This document shows positions 53,001-63,870 of a stretch of DNA of 64,000 nucleotides, in pieces. Origin of the DNA: Ranitomeya imitator. Its lineage: Eukaryota. The stretch lies in contig NC_091289.1 in assembly GCF_032444005.1 (NCBI RefSeq), positions 14,446,001 to 14,510,000 of the forward strand. Reading direction: 5' to 3'. The number at the start of each line of letters is the position of its first letter. Within the stretch, counting starts at the first letter, position 1. The notes under the pieces were generated by a model, which was not told the origin of the DNA, ran no database searches, and worked only from the letters and a program-made list of their open reading frames with translations. The translations under genes were made by a program, and so were the position numbers.

Positions 53001-56000
53001 GATGGATTTAAGAAAATAAATGGATGTGTGAATGCGGGCTTACAAAGAGGAAAAATGCATCGTTTACAACCTTGAACACGTTCTCCATATTTCATGACTG
53101 ATGCTTCCAGCATCTGAGATTTCCGCAGCCTGGGGAAGACAATTGGAAAGAATGACCATAAGATACAACAAAGACTGGCCATGTTAATAATATATATCTG
53201 GAAAAAAATAGCATTTTAAATAATGTGCAGCACTCTCTTAACAAGCTGCAGAGCGTCCATCCTTCTGTTCCCCAACCACACGTATTGACCACTGAAATCA
53301 GTTTTCAACATCAGCACAAATACTGCGCCGCGCCGGGAGCTGCAGGCAGCCGTACATCACCAAGCACAATGCTGAGCGTCGGATGGAGTGGTGTAAAGAC
53401 GGCACCACTGGACTCTGGAGGAGACGTGTTCTGTGCAGTGACGGATCGCACTTCTCTGCGTCTGGTGGAGGAGTCTGGGTTTAGTGGTTCCAGGAGGACG
53501 TTACCCCCTGACTGCACTGTGCCCCCTGTACAGATGGCGGAGGGGGATAATGCTATGGGCTGTTATCAGGGGGCAGCCTCAGCCTCTTAGTTCCAGTGAA
53601 GGGAAACACCAGGGTTACTTACTGGTAACAGGTTTTTCCGGAACCCATGACGGCACACCTGAGAGAGGGGATCCGCCCAGCCAGGACAGGAAACCCTACT
53701 GAAAATAAAAGGGCGGTACCTCTCCCTCGCTTCAGTTGGTTTTCAGAGCAGGAGAGGCCCCCCTGGTTAGTACACATGGCAATCCAACACCACATCATAT
53801 TAACTAAAAAAGCACCCAAAACAATAGTGCACACCGAAAAGGTGATAAAGGGGGGGGGGAATATACAGGTGCCGTCATGGGTTCCGGAAAAACCTGTTAC
53901 CAGTAAGTAACCCTGGTGTTTTCCCTTCCCCCATGACGGCACACCTGAGAGACTTTTGTAGAATGAAACCTTAGGGAGGGACCACCGCTTGGAGTACCCT
54001 TCTACCAAAGGTTAGGTCAGCAGAAGAGGAAAGGTCTAGCCGGTAGTGCTTGAAAAAAGTTGAGGGTGAGGACCAGGTAGCAGCCTTGCAAATTTGATCA
54101 ATTGATACCTCAGCCTTTTCCGCCCAGGAGGTAGCCATGGCTCTGGTAGAGTGAGCCTTGATGCCTTCAGGAACCGGAGTGCCACCCGCAGAGTAGGATA
54201 AACTAATGGCCTCCCTAATCCATCTAGCAATAGTACTTTTAGCTACCCCACACCCTCTTTTGCTACCCTGAAAGGCTATGAATAGGGTTTGGTCTTTCCT
54301 CCACTGACTAGTCATAGATATGTACTGTAACATAGATCTTCTCACATCTAGCATGTGGAACTTTTGTTCCCCTTGATTTTTGGGATTACTACAGAAAGAT
54401 GGTAAGGTAATCTCTTGACTCCTATGGAACTTTTGAACCACCTTGGGGAGATAAGCTGGGTCTGGTCTTAGAACGATCCTGTCATCAAAAACCTGAGTAT
54501 AAGGAGGGGATATTGACAGGGCTTGCAAATCACTTACCCTATGTGCCGATGTTAGGGCTACTAGAAGAACTGTTTTAAGGGTAAGTAACTTAGGTGATAA
54601 CTCCTGTAAGGGCTCGAAAGGGTGTTTAGTTAGAGCTTCTAAGACCAAATTTAGATCCCAAGGAGGGATTTTTGGGATAACGACCGGCCGAGATCTACTG
54701 CAAGATTTTATGAATCGTGAAACCCATCTATTTGAGGCAAGATTACAGTTATACAGGGCCCCCAAGGCTGAAACCTGAACTTTAAGGGTGCTGGTTGCTA
54801 ACCCAAGATGTAATCCTGCTTGCAGAAATTATAGGATAGGACCCACTGGAGCCACCTCCCCCAATGGTTCACCCAGGAAGTCAAGAAATTTTTTCCATGT
54901 CCTACCATAGATTCTAGAAGTTATGGGTTTTCTGCTTTTCAACAGGGTGGAGATTAAACCTGGTGAGAATCCATGGCGACTTAGTAACGCCCTCTCAAAT
55001 TCCAGGCTGCCAGATGGAAGCCCTTCACCTGAGAGTGGGTTACTGGGCCCTGGGTTAGTAGGTCCGGAATTTCTGGCAAAATCCATGGATCTGTTACCGA
55101 CATCTGTCTTAGAAGGGAGAACCATGGTCTCCTTGGCCAAAAAGGAGCTATGAGGATAATCCTCGCCTGATCCTCTCTGATCTTCCGGATCACAGCTGGG
55201 ATCATCACTATCGGGGGGAATGCGTAGGCCAGAGAAAACTTCCAAGGTATTAGTAGGGCATCTACTGCGAAGGGATGTTCTCTTGGATTCAAGGAGCAGA
55301 ATTTTCTGACTTTTTTGTTGTGAGAATTGGCAAACAAGTCTATTTCTGGTGAGCCCCAGGCTTGGACTATTTGTTGAAATATCTGGGGGTTTAAGGACCA
55401 TTCCCCCTGTCTTAAGCCTCTGCGACTCAGGAAGTCTGCTTGAGTGTTTTCTATGCCCCTGATGTGTAGTGCCGACAGAGATAACAGGTGTTGTTCCGCC
55501 AGTTGGAAGAGAAGTTTTGACGCATTCATGAGGCCTTTGGACCTCGTTCCTCCCTGATGATTGACATACGCCACCACTGCTCGATTGTCTGTCAGGATTC
55601 GAGTATGGCGACCCTGGAGTAAAGGGAGAAAATGTCTTAGGGCTTTCTCCACTGCCCATAGCTCTTTTTCGTTTGATCCATAGTTTTTTTCTCGTATGGA
55701 CCAGGTACCTTGTACAGAGTGAGATCTCAGATGAGCTCCCCAACCTGTACCGCTTGCGTCGGTCGTGATGATGTCTATGACCGGATTTTTCCACCGGACC
55801 CCCTTTGTCAGGTGGTGTTCTACAGTCCACCAAGCTAGGGAATCCCTTACGCTCAGGGAGAGACATAGATTTCCTTCTAAATGCCCTCTTAACAGTCTTT
55901 GAGCTGAGAGAACTTCCCACTGTAGATGTCTTAGGTGGAATTGTGCCCATTCTACTGCCGGTATACACGATGTTAACGAGCCTAGAAGGGACATCGCCTT

Positions 56001-59000
56001 TCTGAGAGTCATTGCGGGTTGACGTATTGCTGTACTGGTCAGGTTTATTATCTTGTCCACTTTGTTTTGTGGAAGGAGGCAGAGCTGACGCTCGGAGTCC
56101 AGTATTAACCCCAGGAAGGACTGTATTTTTACTGGCAGTAGTCTGGATTTGGGGATGTTTATTATCCAACCCAGCTCCATTAGAGTTGATGTTACCACTG
56201 ATATTTGATGAGTGCAGTGGGACTCTGACCTCCCTATTACCAGGAAATCGTCCAGATATGGGACAATTACTACATCCCGGGACCGGAGGTATGACATCAC
56301 TTCCACCATCACTTTGGTGAAAACTCTGGGGGCTGTAGACAGGCCGAATGGAAGAGCTGTATATTGAAAATGCTTTACCTGATTTTGAATATAGAGAGCT
56401 ACCCTCAAGTATTTCCGATATTCCTGATGTATTGGTATATGGTAGTAAGCATCCTTTAAGTCTATTACTGCCATGAAGCAGTGCTGGAAGAGAAGTTTTA
56501 TGGTCGTGTTTATAGACTCCATCTTGAAAGTGTAGTTCTCTATGGATTGGTTGAGCTTTCTTAGATTTATAATAGTTCTCCAAGAACCATCCGGTTTTTG
56601 GATCAAGAAGAGGGGGGAGTAAAACCCCTCTCCTTCTTCCTGAACCGGGACCTCCTGAAGAACCTTTTTGTGGACAAGTCCCAAGATCTCGGTTTCTAGG
56701 GCAGATTGTTCCTGCTGAGACTTCCGTCGGGGAGTTATTATGAAGTTTCGTCTGGGAGGACAGACGAATTTTATTTTTAGGCCGTCTCTGATGATGTTCG
56801 TGACCCAGATACTGGGGGAGATATTTACCCAGGCCGGAAAGAAGAGGGAGAGTCTTCCTCCCACTTCTGGCGTAATGTCATTGGGGGGATTTTTTTGCCG
56901 ATGTGGAGGGGCCTTTAAACATATAGCCCGATCCTCTTTTATCTCTAAAATCCCAATTTTTCCTCTCCCCTGGGGGGCGACCTCTATTATATCTTCTCCG
57001 AAAAAAAGGTTTTTTAGGATCTTTAGGGATGTTGGGAAAACCTTTCTTTTTATCTCCTGCATGTTCCAGGATGTCTTCAAGTTTTTTCCCGAAGAGAAGT
57101 TGGCCGTCACATGGAATAGAACACAGTTTGTGTTTAGATGGCAAATCCCCCGGGCAACCTTTGAGCCAGAGGGCTCTTCTTGCCGCGTTGGACAAACCCG
57201 CGGCTCTAGCTGTTAGTCTTGCGGAATCCGCAGAAGAGTCTGCCAAAAAAGCTGCTGCTCCTTGTAGCAAAGAAATATTTGCAAGGATGTCAGTTCTGGG
57301 TACTTTGTTTTTCAGCTGATCTTCTACCTGATGTAGCCAGACCATTAGGGCACGGGCCGTACATGTTCCCGCAATCGCCGGCTTAAGGCCCCCCGCTGAG
57401 GCTTCCCAGATGTGTCTCAGGAAACTATCTGCTTTTTTATCAAGCGGGTCTTTGAGAACACCAGAGTCCTCTAACGGAAGGGATGATCTTTTTAAACATT
57501 TGGCTACTGCCCCGTCAATCTTAGGGATTTTTTCCCAGGACTCAGAGTCTTTATCCTCAAAAGGATATCTCCTTTTGGATGAAGAGGGCAAGGAACCCAT
57601 TTTTTCGGGCTTTTTCCACTCTTTGTCAATTAATGCTTTTATTTTTGCATTAACCGGAAACGTGCGTTTCCTTTTTTCTTCTAGGCCACCAAACATGACA
57701 TCTTCTAGTGACCTAGGTGTTTTCTCCTCTTTAAGCCCCATTGCAGATCTAACTGCTTTGACCAGTTTATCTACGTCCTCAGTTTGGAAACATGGACGAC
57801 CTCCTGAATCACTGTCCGAGGAGGAATCTGAAGACTGGACAGAGGCCGAGGAGGTAGAGGGAGACCGGGATGTTTTATGACTCCCCTGTCTCTGAGAGGC
57901 ATCTGAGTCTGTGGACGCCTTACGGCTTCTCCTTCTTGGTTCGCTAAGGGCCAATTTTAAGGAGTCTTTTATTTCAGCCTGTATTATGGCTTTTAGGCTA
58001 GTGGCAAAATTAGGGGTCTCTTCTTGCATGGTTTTAGTAATGCAGTCAGCACAGAGATCCTTCTGCCACTGAACTGCAAGCGGGTTTCTACAAAGGGCAC
58101 ACTCTCGGTTCTTTGTTTTACCAACCGCTTTCCTGGACCCCTAGTGATCAAAACAGACAAAAATGGACCCTGTTACCATAAGGGTGACATTCACGTAGAT
58201 CACTCACCACTACCGACAATCAAGGGTGCCGATTTTGGAGGCTGGACAGATGCACGTGAAGCGTCCCTCCTGGAAGCCGACGAATCCTGCCAGACAGAAC
58301 GACTGCTGTTCCTACCACTTGAGCGGCTGCTCTTGGTATGCTGGTGGCTCGGCAAGGCATCTGGTGAGAGCTCCATTTGCTGCTGCTGCTGCTGCTGTGA
58401 AGGCGGTTGCTGCTGCTGCTGCTGCTCCTGTTGTCCTATTTCCATGGTGAAGTTTATGGACATGAGCGCGTTTTCTGTGGTCTAACCCCCTTTTATGGGG
58501 GGGACCACTGCACTCCCCGCCTCCTTCGGTGCCCAAATTAACCCCCTCCCACTCTCTGCCGTGCCGCCGGAGTTCCCTTTCACCGGCCGGCGTTCTCATC
58601 ATGGGCGCCGCCATCTTGGATCCGGCGCCCGCCCCCGACGTCACGCGGGCACGCCCATTCCCAGCGTGCCTTGCGCGTGACGTCAGACGAGCGACCCGGA
58701 AGCGGCCACCGCACCTGGACGCCGGCAGAGAGGGGAGGGCGGCGTGGCAGCCATGGAAGGGAACACAGCCCTCTGACCATGCTGCTCAACGCCCGCTCGG
58801 ACGCAGAGACCCGGGGGACCTGCGGACGGCGCGTCCAGACTCCCGAACCCGACGCACAGGCGCTGCCTGATTCTTCCACGCCGGGACGGGACCTGGGTAA
58901 GTGAACCGCCGTGTTCAGTAAGAGGGTCCCTGTCAGGACAGGAAACCCAACTGAAGCGAGGGAGAGGTACCGCCCTTTTATTTTCAGTAGGGTTTCCTGT

Positions 59001-61788
59001 CCTGGCTGGGCGGATCCCCTCTCTCAGGTGTGCCGTCATGGGGGAAGGGAAAATCTTAATGCTTCAGCACAAGACATTGTGGACAATTGTAGCTTCCAGC
59101 TTTGTGGGAACAGTTCGGGAAGACCCTTTTTTTGCTCCCAATGACTGTGCCCACAGACATAGGGGGTTTGGTGGAAGAACATGAGCGGCAGCACAGGGCC
59201 CTGACCTCAGCCCCATCCAACACCTTTGGGATTAATTAGACCAGAGATTGTGAGACCGGCCTCTCCTCAAAATCGGGGTTTGACCTCATGAATTCTCATC
59301 TGGGTGAATGAGCAAAAATTCCCATAGACGCCTCCAAAATCTTGTGGAAAGCCTTCCCAGAAGAGCGGAGCTGTTATATGTCTGCCGAAGCGTGCGTGCG
59401 TGCGTGCGTCATATGCTTTTCTCCATATAATTAACCTGTGAAAGTCTGAACTACTTTTTGCACTGATCTGTAATGATAGTGTGTCCTCAACACATCACAT
59501 GAGAAGAACTTACTGAAAGTACTGAGAGCAGCCGATGGGTGTTGCAGAGTTGAGCGCTTTTACAGGACCACATATCAGATGCTTCTGGAAAATAAGCAAC
59601 AGTAACATCAGATCTATCATACACAGGAGCAACTGAACCCTAATCCCTTTTATTGAGTTTGTCCTAATTTGCAGAGCAGAGCTGCAGTGTAAAGCATGAG
59701 GGATGGACAGTACAGTCTGAGACACTAAGGGTTACTTCACACGGCCTCAGCATAACCGTAGACATTGCAGCTGTGCAAACAGCAGTGACTGGTGAACAGC
59801 GAGACCCCCTACTAGTGCATGCTTTCCCTCTCTATGGGCATTCCCTGTATACCAGGTCCTGGTAATATGTGGGAACATCTGTACACATCCTTACAATACA
59901 CATTTCCTGGTCTGCTCTACTACAGTATTATACAGTGCTGACTTGGCTCCGGAAACTGAGCCCCTGTAATCTCAGAGCAGGATCAGGAGCTGTAACTGCA
60001 GGAAGTGTCTCATCCCCCAGCTCAAATTAACCCCGTGCCTCCAGAATAGACATTTCTATATAGCCAGAACACAAGTATTGCTCACGTCTGTTCTTTGCAA
60101 GCTGTAGCTGAACTACAACTCCCAGCACAACAGCCAGTTTCATTTTTTTCTGTATTTCATCTGGATGGAAAATAAATTACAAAAGGGGCACTTGTGTAGT
60201 GTTTTATATTCCGCACTACCTAACAGCCCTCATTGGGTGCTCAGGCGAATGCCACCTTGATAATCTAGACTCTTTATTACTTTCAGCCAATATGTGTGAG
60301 AATCGGGCATCAACATATCACACATAGGAAAATCTTGGATAAAGTTGTGCTGGCACTTATGGGGGCATTGTACCCGGGACTCAAAGTCACTGTGGCTGAA
60401 TATATGGGGCCTCTTGGGGTGCAAGTGATAAGTCTGCTGCGGCATCCATGTTGTTCATCTTATAGAGGGTAATAATCTTTGATATTTGAGTACCTGAGTG
60501 ACATCTCCATTGCTGGGTACTATCAACCTCCAGAGAAGGTCCAGTTTCTGCTGATGGAACTCTTCCTCGCTACTGACGATGTGTAACACCATACCAGGGG
60601 ACATCTGCTGAAAATGTGCAAAAATCTTAATTATGAGAATATTCAGAATGGTAAAAACAGGGCATTTAGAGGAAGCTTGTATCATTACTTACCATTGCCT
60701 CCAAGACTGATCTCTGCAACCTTGCCACATGCTCTAGATCACCTTCATCCACTACATAAGGAAATTATTGTGAGAGGTTTGGCAGACATACTGGGTTCTA
60801 AGAGATTATATTATGTGTATCTATGTGTGTGTGTGTGCGTGCGTGCGCATATATATATTTATTTATTACACACACAATGGTGCTTATTACTTTGTTGGTT
60901 GCGGTTGCAGTACTCCGTACGACCAGCAGATGTCACAACAGCATAAAGTTCAATATGAGCTGAATTAAAAAGGGAGACTCCTACTGGTAGTGCCTGGTAC
61001 TGCAATCACAGCTAAACAAATCATTGTTATATTAGGTGATAAAGCAATATGGACCACATTTTAATAAAGCAGTGAAGTCCCCTTTATGAAGCTCTAATCT
61101 GATTCTGATTTACCAGTAAAGAAGTCTAGATTCGGGTCATATCCTCGCAGGCATATGTTGTGCTTCTCTGCAAAGGTTTTGAGTAGCACACAGAGTACAC
61201 CAGGTGCAGAGTCCACATGTCTACTATCTTGGATATAGTCCCTTAAGAAGTCCTTAAAACTTGAAACAGTATCTTCTAGAGATGCTGCATCGCCTGAACG
61301 AGGCCAGGAGATTCCCAGATGACTCAAGAATTCATCCACCTCCTTACAAAGCCTGGCAGGGACCAGGGATACTTGTTTTCTGAAAAAAAAATAAAAAAAA
61401 TTGCAGGTTATGAGCTCCTGCAGGTGGAAACCCAGTGCTGAATTCAGCTCCAGATGGGAATGGAGTATAAGGGATTAACTGACCCCTTTAAGGTGAGGAC
61501 TTTGGCCAGGTGATCGGCGACTAGGACAGCTCTCAGGTGGCTCAGCCGCAGCGTGTCCAGGCTCCTACAGCCGTGCAGCGGGGCACAGTTCAGGATCACA
61601 ATGTCCTGTCCATCATCTACAGAGGGAAGAGGTTGGAGATACGGAGAGAAGTCTTGGAGAACGCGACGGAAAACTGCAGGTCTGTCCAACTGGACGATGA
61701 GTCCGGCCTCAGACTGCAGACATGTCTTCACCGGGGGGAGACCCGGGGCGGCCAGAGACATCAGCGTCTGTACAAGATCCGCAGGCAC
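47006..61788 (-). CDS. dalrd3: DALR anticodon-binding domain-containing protein 3, 5'-partial (480 aa in window)
   Basis: Exons 5' to 3': 61788-61484, 61379-61114, 60751-60693, 60607-60494, 59584-59514, 53129-53071, 52493-52411, 49160-49037, 48959-48901, 48732-48619, 47281-47213, 47125-47006 (1443 nt, phase-consistent). Motifs [80 protein letters not shown] and QMFARLQL. Confidence 0.95.
47687..48073. mobile_element. T2/Kolobok-like MITE, degenerate
   Basis: TTAA flanks and imperfect terminal complementarity (AGGATCATTCCCAAAA.../...TTTGGGGGAATTAACCT). Confidence 0.55.
49748..51292 (+). mobile_element. Tc1 transposon with long TIRs and frameshifted transposase
   Basis: TA|CAGTGCCTTGCGAAAGTATTC...GAATACTTTTGCAAGGCACTG|TA. 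Transposase pieces from 50121: [38 protein letters not shown] and [15 protein letters not shown]. Confidence 0.93.
51307..52361 (-). mobile_element. Non-autonomous Helitron
   Basis: On the minus strand it begins A|TC (52361) and ends CTAG|T (51307), with hairpin CCCGAT-N8-ATCGGG at 51318-51337, 11 nt from the 3' end; no TSD; internal ~21-bp repeats at about 51600-51860. Confidence 0.8.
53225..53606 (+). mobile_element. Decayed Tc1 fragment, left of the DIRS insertion
   Basis: Transposase-like sequence ending TTA GTT CCA GTG AAG GGA AA, which continues at 59054. Confidence 0.7.
53971..56583 (-). pseudogene. DIRS ORF3 tyrosine recombinase, interrupted by one in-frame TAA
   Basis: Track ORFs 54829..56583 and 53971..54765 share one frame, separated by TAA 54831-54829 in [13 protein letters not shown]. 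Catalytic motifs HRVSDL, HSTR, ATW and KHY are present. Confidence 0.88.
54981..57110 (-). CDS. DIRS ORF2: reverse transcriptase, RNase H and methyltransferase-like domain
   Basis: Open frame with [51 protein letters not shown] and YAFPP motifs; true start uncertain. Confidence 0.93.
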   Translation of the reverse strand: MTANFSSGKNLKTSWNMQEIKRKVFPTSLKILKNLFFGEDIIEVAPQGRGKIGILEIKEDRAICLKAPPHRQKNPPNDITPEVGGRLSLFFPAWVNISPSIWVTNIIRDGLKIKFVCPPRRNFIITPRRKSQQEQSALETEILGLVHKKVLQEVPVQEEGEGFYSPLFLIQKPDGSWRTIINLRKLNQSIENYTFKMESINTTIKLLFQHCFMAVIDLKDAYYHIPIHQEYRKYLRVALYIQNQVKHFQYTALPFGLSTAPRVFTKVMVEVMSYLRSRDVVIVPYLDDFLVIGRSESHCTHQISVVTSTLMELGWIINIPKSRLLPVKIQSFLGLILDSERQLCLLPQNKVDKIINLTSTAIRQPAMTLRKAMSLLGSLTSCIPAVEWAQFHLRHLQWEVLSAQRLLRGHLEGNLCLSLSVRDSLAWWTVEHHLTKGVRWKNPVIDIITTDASGTGWGAHLRSHSVQGTWSIREKNYGSNEKELWAVEKALRHFLPLLQGRHTRILTDNRAVVAYVNHQGGTRSKGLMNASKLLFQLAEQHLLSLSALHIRGIENTQADFLSRRGLRQGEWSLNPQIFQQIVQAWGSPEIDLFANSHNKKVRKFCSLNPREHPFAVDALLIPWKFSLAYAFPPIVMIPAVIRKIREDQARIILIAPFWPRRPWFSLLRQMSVTDPWILPEIPDLLTQGPVTHSQVKGFHLAAWNLRGRY
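56878..58029 (-). CDS. DIRS ORF1 gag-like protein
   Basis: 383-aa ORF in the ORF1 position with [16 protein letters not shown] and ARRALWLK...FGKKLED blocks typical of DIRS gag; the frame is open upstream to 58140. Confidence 0.85.
   Translation of the reverse strand: MQEETPNFATSLKAIIQAEIKDSLKLALSEPRRRSRKASTDSDASQRQGSHKTSRSPSTSSASVQSSDSSSDSDSGGRPCFQTEDVDKLVKAVRSAMGLKEEKTPRSLEDVMFGGLEEKRKRTFPVNAKIKALIDKEWKKPEKMGSLPSSSKRRYPFEDKDSESWEKIPKIDGAVAKCLKRSSLPLEDSGVLKDPLDKKADSFLRHIWEASAGGLKPAIAGTCTARALMVWLHQVEDQLKNKVPRTDILANISLLQGAAAFLADSSADSARLTARAAGLSNAARRALWLKGCPGDLPSKHKLCSIPCDGQLLFGKKLEDILEHAGDKKKGFPNIPKDPKKPFFRRRYNRGRPPGERKNWDFRDKRGSGYMFKGPSTSAKKSPQ
59054..59430 (+). mobile_element. Decayed Tc1 fragment, right of the DIRS insertion
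   Basis: Continues T CTT AAT GCT TCA GCA (NLNASA), followed by [11 protein letters not shown]-like sequence. Confidence 0.7.
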
Positions 61789-61854
61789 CTGGAAAAGCCA
61801 AGAAAAGAAGGACACGTCATTACAAGAACTGCCAGATACACAGCATTGGATGGG

Positions 61855-63870
61855 CTTAGATACACAGACTTCGAAGTATCACATTAGATAGGCTTATATA
61901 CACTGGTATCATATAGGATAGGCTTAGATACACTGGTGCAGCAGTATCATATAGAATAGGCTTAGGCTACTTTCACACTAGCGTCGGAATCTCCCCGTCG
62001 CAATGCCTCGGGGAGAGATTCCGACGCTAGTGTTTAACGCATTGCACAATGGAGGCAGCGGATGCATTTCTCCGGCGCATCCGCTGCCCCGTTGTAAGGT
62101 GCGGGGAGGTGGGGGCGGAGTTCCGGCCGCGCATGCGCGGTCGGAAAAAGCGGTCCATGTAGCGTTTTTTGCTCCTGACGGTCCGCAAAAGCACGACGCA
62201 TCCGTCGCTCAACGGATGCGACGTGTGGCAATCCGTCGCAAATGCGTCGTCAATACAAGTCTATGGGGAAAAAACGCATCCTGCAAGCACTTTTGCAGGA
62301 TGCGTTTTTTCTGCAAAACGACGCATTGTGACGGATTGCAGAAAACGCTAGTGTGAAAGTAGCCTTAGATACACTGGTGCAGCAATATCATATAGGATAG
62401 GCTTAGATACACTGGTACAGCGGTATCATATAGGATAGGCTTAGATACACTGGTGCAGCAATATCATATAGGATAGGCTTAGATACACTGGTGCAGCTAT
62501 ATTATATAGGATAGGCTTAGATACACTGGTGCAGCAATATCATATAGGATAGGCTTAGATACACTGGTGCAGCTATATTATATAGGATAGGCTTAGATAC
62601 ACTGGTGCAGCAATATCATATAGAATAGGCTTAGATACACTGGTGCAGCAATATCATATAGGATAGGCTTAGATACACTGGTGCAGCTATATTATATAGG
62701 ATAGGCTTAGATACACTGGTGCAGCAATATCATATAGAATAGGCTTAGATACACTGGTGCAGCTATATTATATAGGATAGGCTTAGATACACTGGTGCAG
62801 CAATATCATATAGGATAGGCTTAGATACACTGGTGCAGCTATATTATATAGGATAGGCTTAGATACACTGGTGCAGCAATATCATATAGGATAGGCTTAG
62901 ATACACTGGTGCAGCAATATCATATAGGATAGGCTTAGATACACTGGTGCAGCTATATCATATAGGATAGGCTTAGATACACTGGTGCAGCAATATCATA
63001 TAGAATAGGCTTAGATACACTGGTGCAGCTATATCATATAGGATAGGCTTAGATACACTGGTGCAGCAATATCATATAGAATAGGCTTAGATACACTGGT
63101 GCAGCAATATCATATAGGATAGGCTTAGATACACTGGTGCAGCAATATCATATAGAATAGGCTTAGATACACTGGTGCAGCTATATTATATAGGATAGGC
63201 TTAGATACACTGGTGCAGCGGTATCATATAGGATAGGCCTAGATACACTGGTGCAGCGTTATCATATGATAGGCTTAGATACACTGGTGCAGCAATATCA
63301 TATAGAATAGGCTTAGATACACTGGTGCAGCTATATTATATAGGATAGGCTTAGATACACTGGTGCAGCAATATCATATAGAATAGGATTAGATACACTG
63401 GTGCAGCTATATTATATAGGATAGGCTTAGATACACTGGTGCAGCAATATCATATAGAATAGGCTTAGATACACTGGTGCAGCTATATTATATAGGATAG
63501 GCTTAGATACACTGGTGCAGCTATATTATATAGGATAGGCTTAGATACACTGGTGCAGCGGTATCATATAGGCTAGGCTTAGATACACTGGTGCAGCTAT
63601 ATTATATAGGATAGGCTTAGATACACTGGTGCAGTGGTATCATATAGGATAGGCCTAGATACACTGGTGCAGCGTTATCATATGATAGGCTTTTAGATAC
63701 ACTGGTGCAGCGGTATCATATAGGCTAGGCTTAGATACGCTGGTGCAGCTATATTATATAGGATAGGCTTAGATACACTGGTGCAGCGGTATCATATAGG
63801 CTAGGCTTAGATACACTGGTGCAGCTATATTATATAGGATAGGCTTAGATACACTGGTGCAGCGGTATCA
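61855..63870. repeat. 38-bp minisatellite in the first visible DALRD3 intron
   Basis: Unit GGATAGGCTTAGATACACTGGTGCAGCAATATCATATA. Confidence 0.97.
61965..62364. mobile_element. PIF/Harbinger-like MITE inserted into the 38-bp array
   Basis: Perfect TIR GGCTACTTTCACACTAGCGT; TTA TSD at 61962-61964 and 62365-62367, splitting one repeat unit. Confidence 0.88.

Larger units (their letters stand above)
53607..59053 (-). mobile_element. DIRS1-type tyrosine-recombinase retrotransposon, full length (5447 bp)
   Basis: Identical 96-bp inverted terminal repeats (ITRs; 53644-53739 and 58947-59042). Internal complementary region (ICR) 53869-53952 matches the joined termini (50 nt + 34 nt). gag, RT/RNaseH/MT and YR ORFs present; no TSD. 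Confidence 0.96.

Noticed and set aside
58226-59144. Cluster of GC-rich short ORFs on both strands
   Set aside because: Chance frames in the CpG-rich 5' region and ITR of the DIRS element.
60230-60445. ORF region with faint resemblance to a GIY-YIG endonuclease segment
   Set aside because: Only a few residues match and no frame carries a convincing motif.
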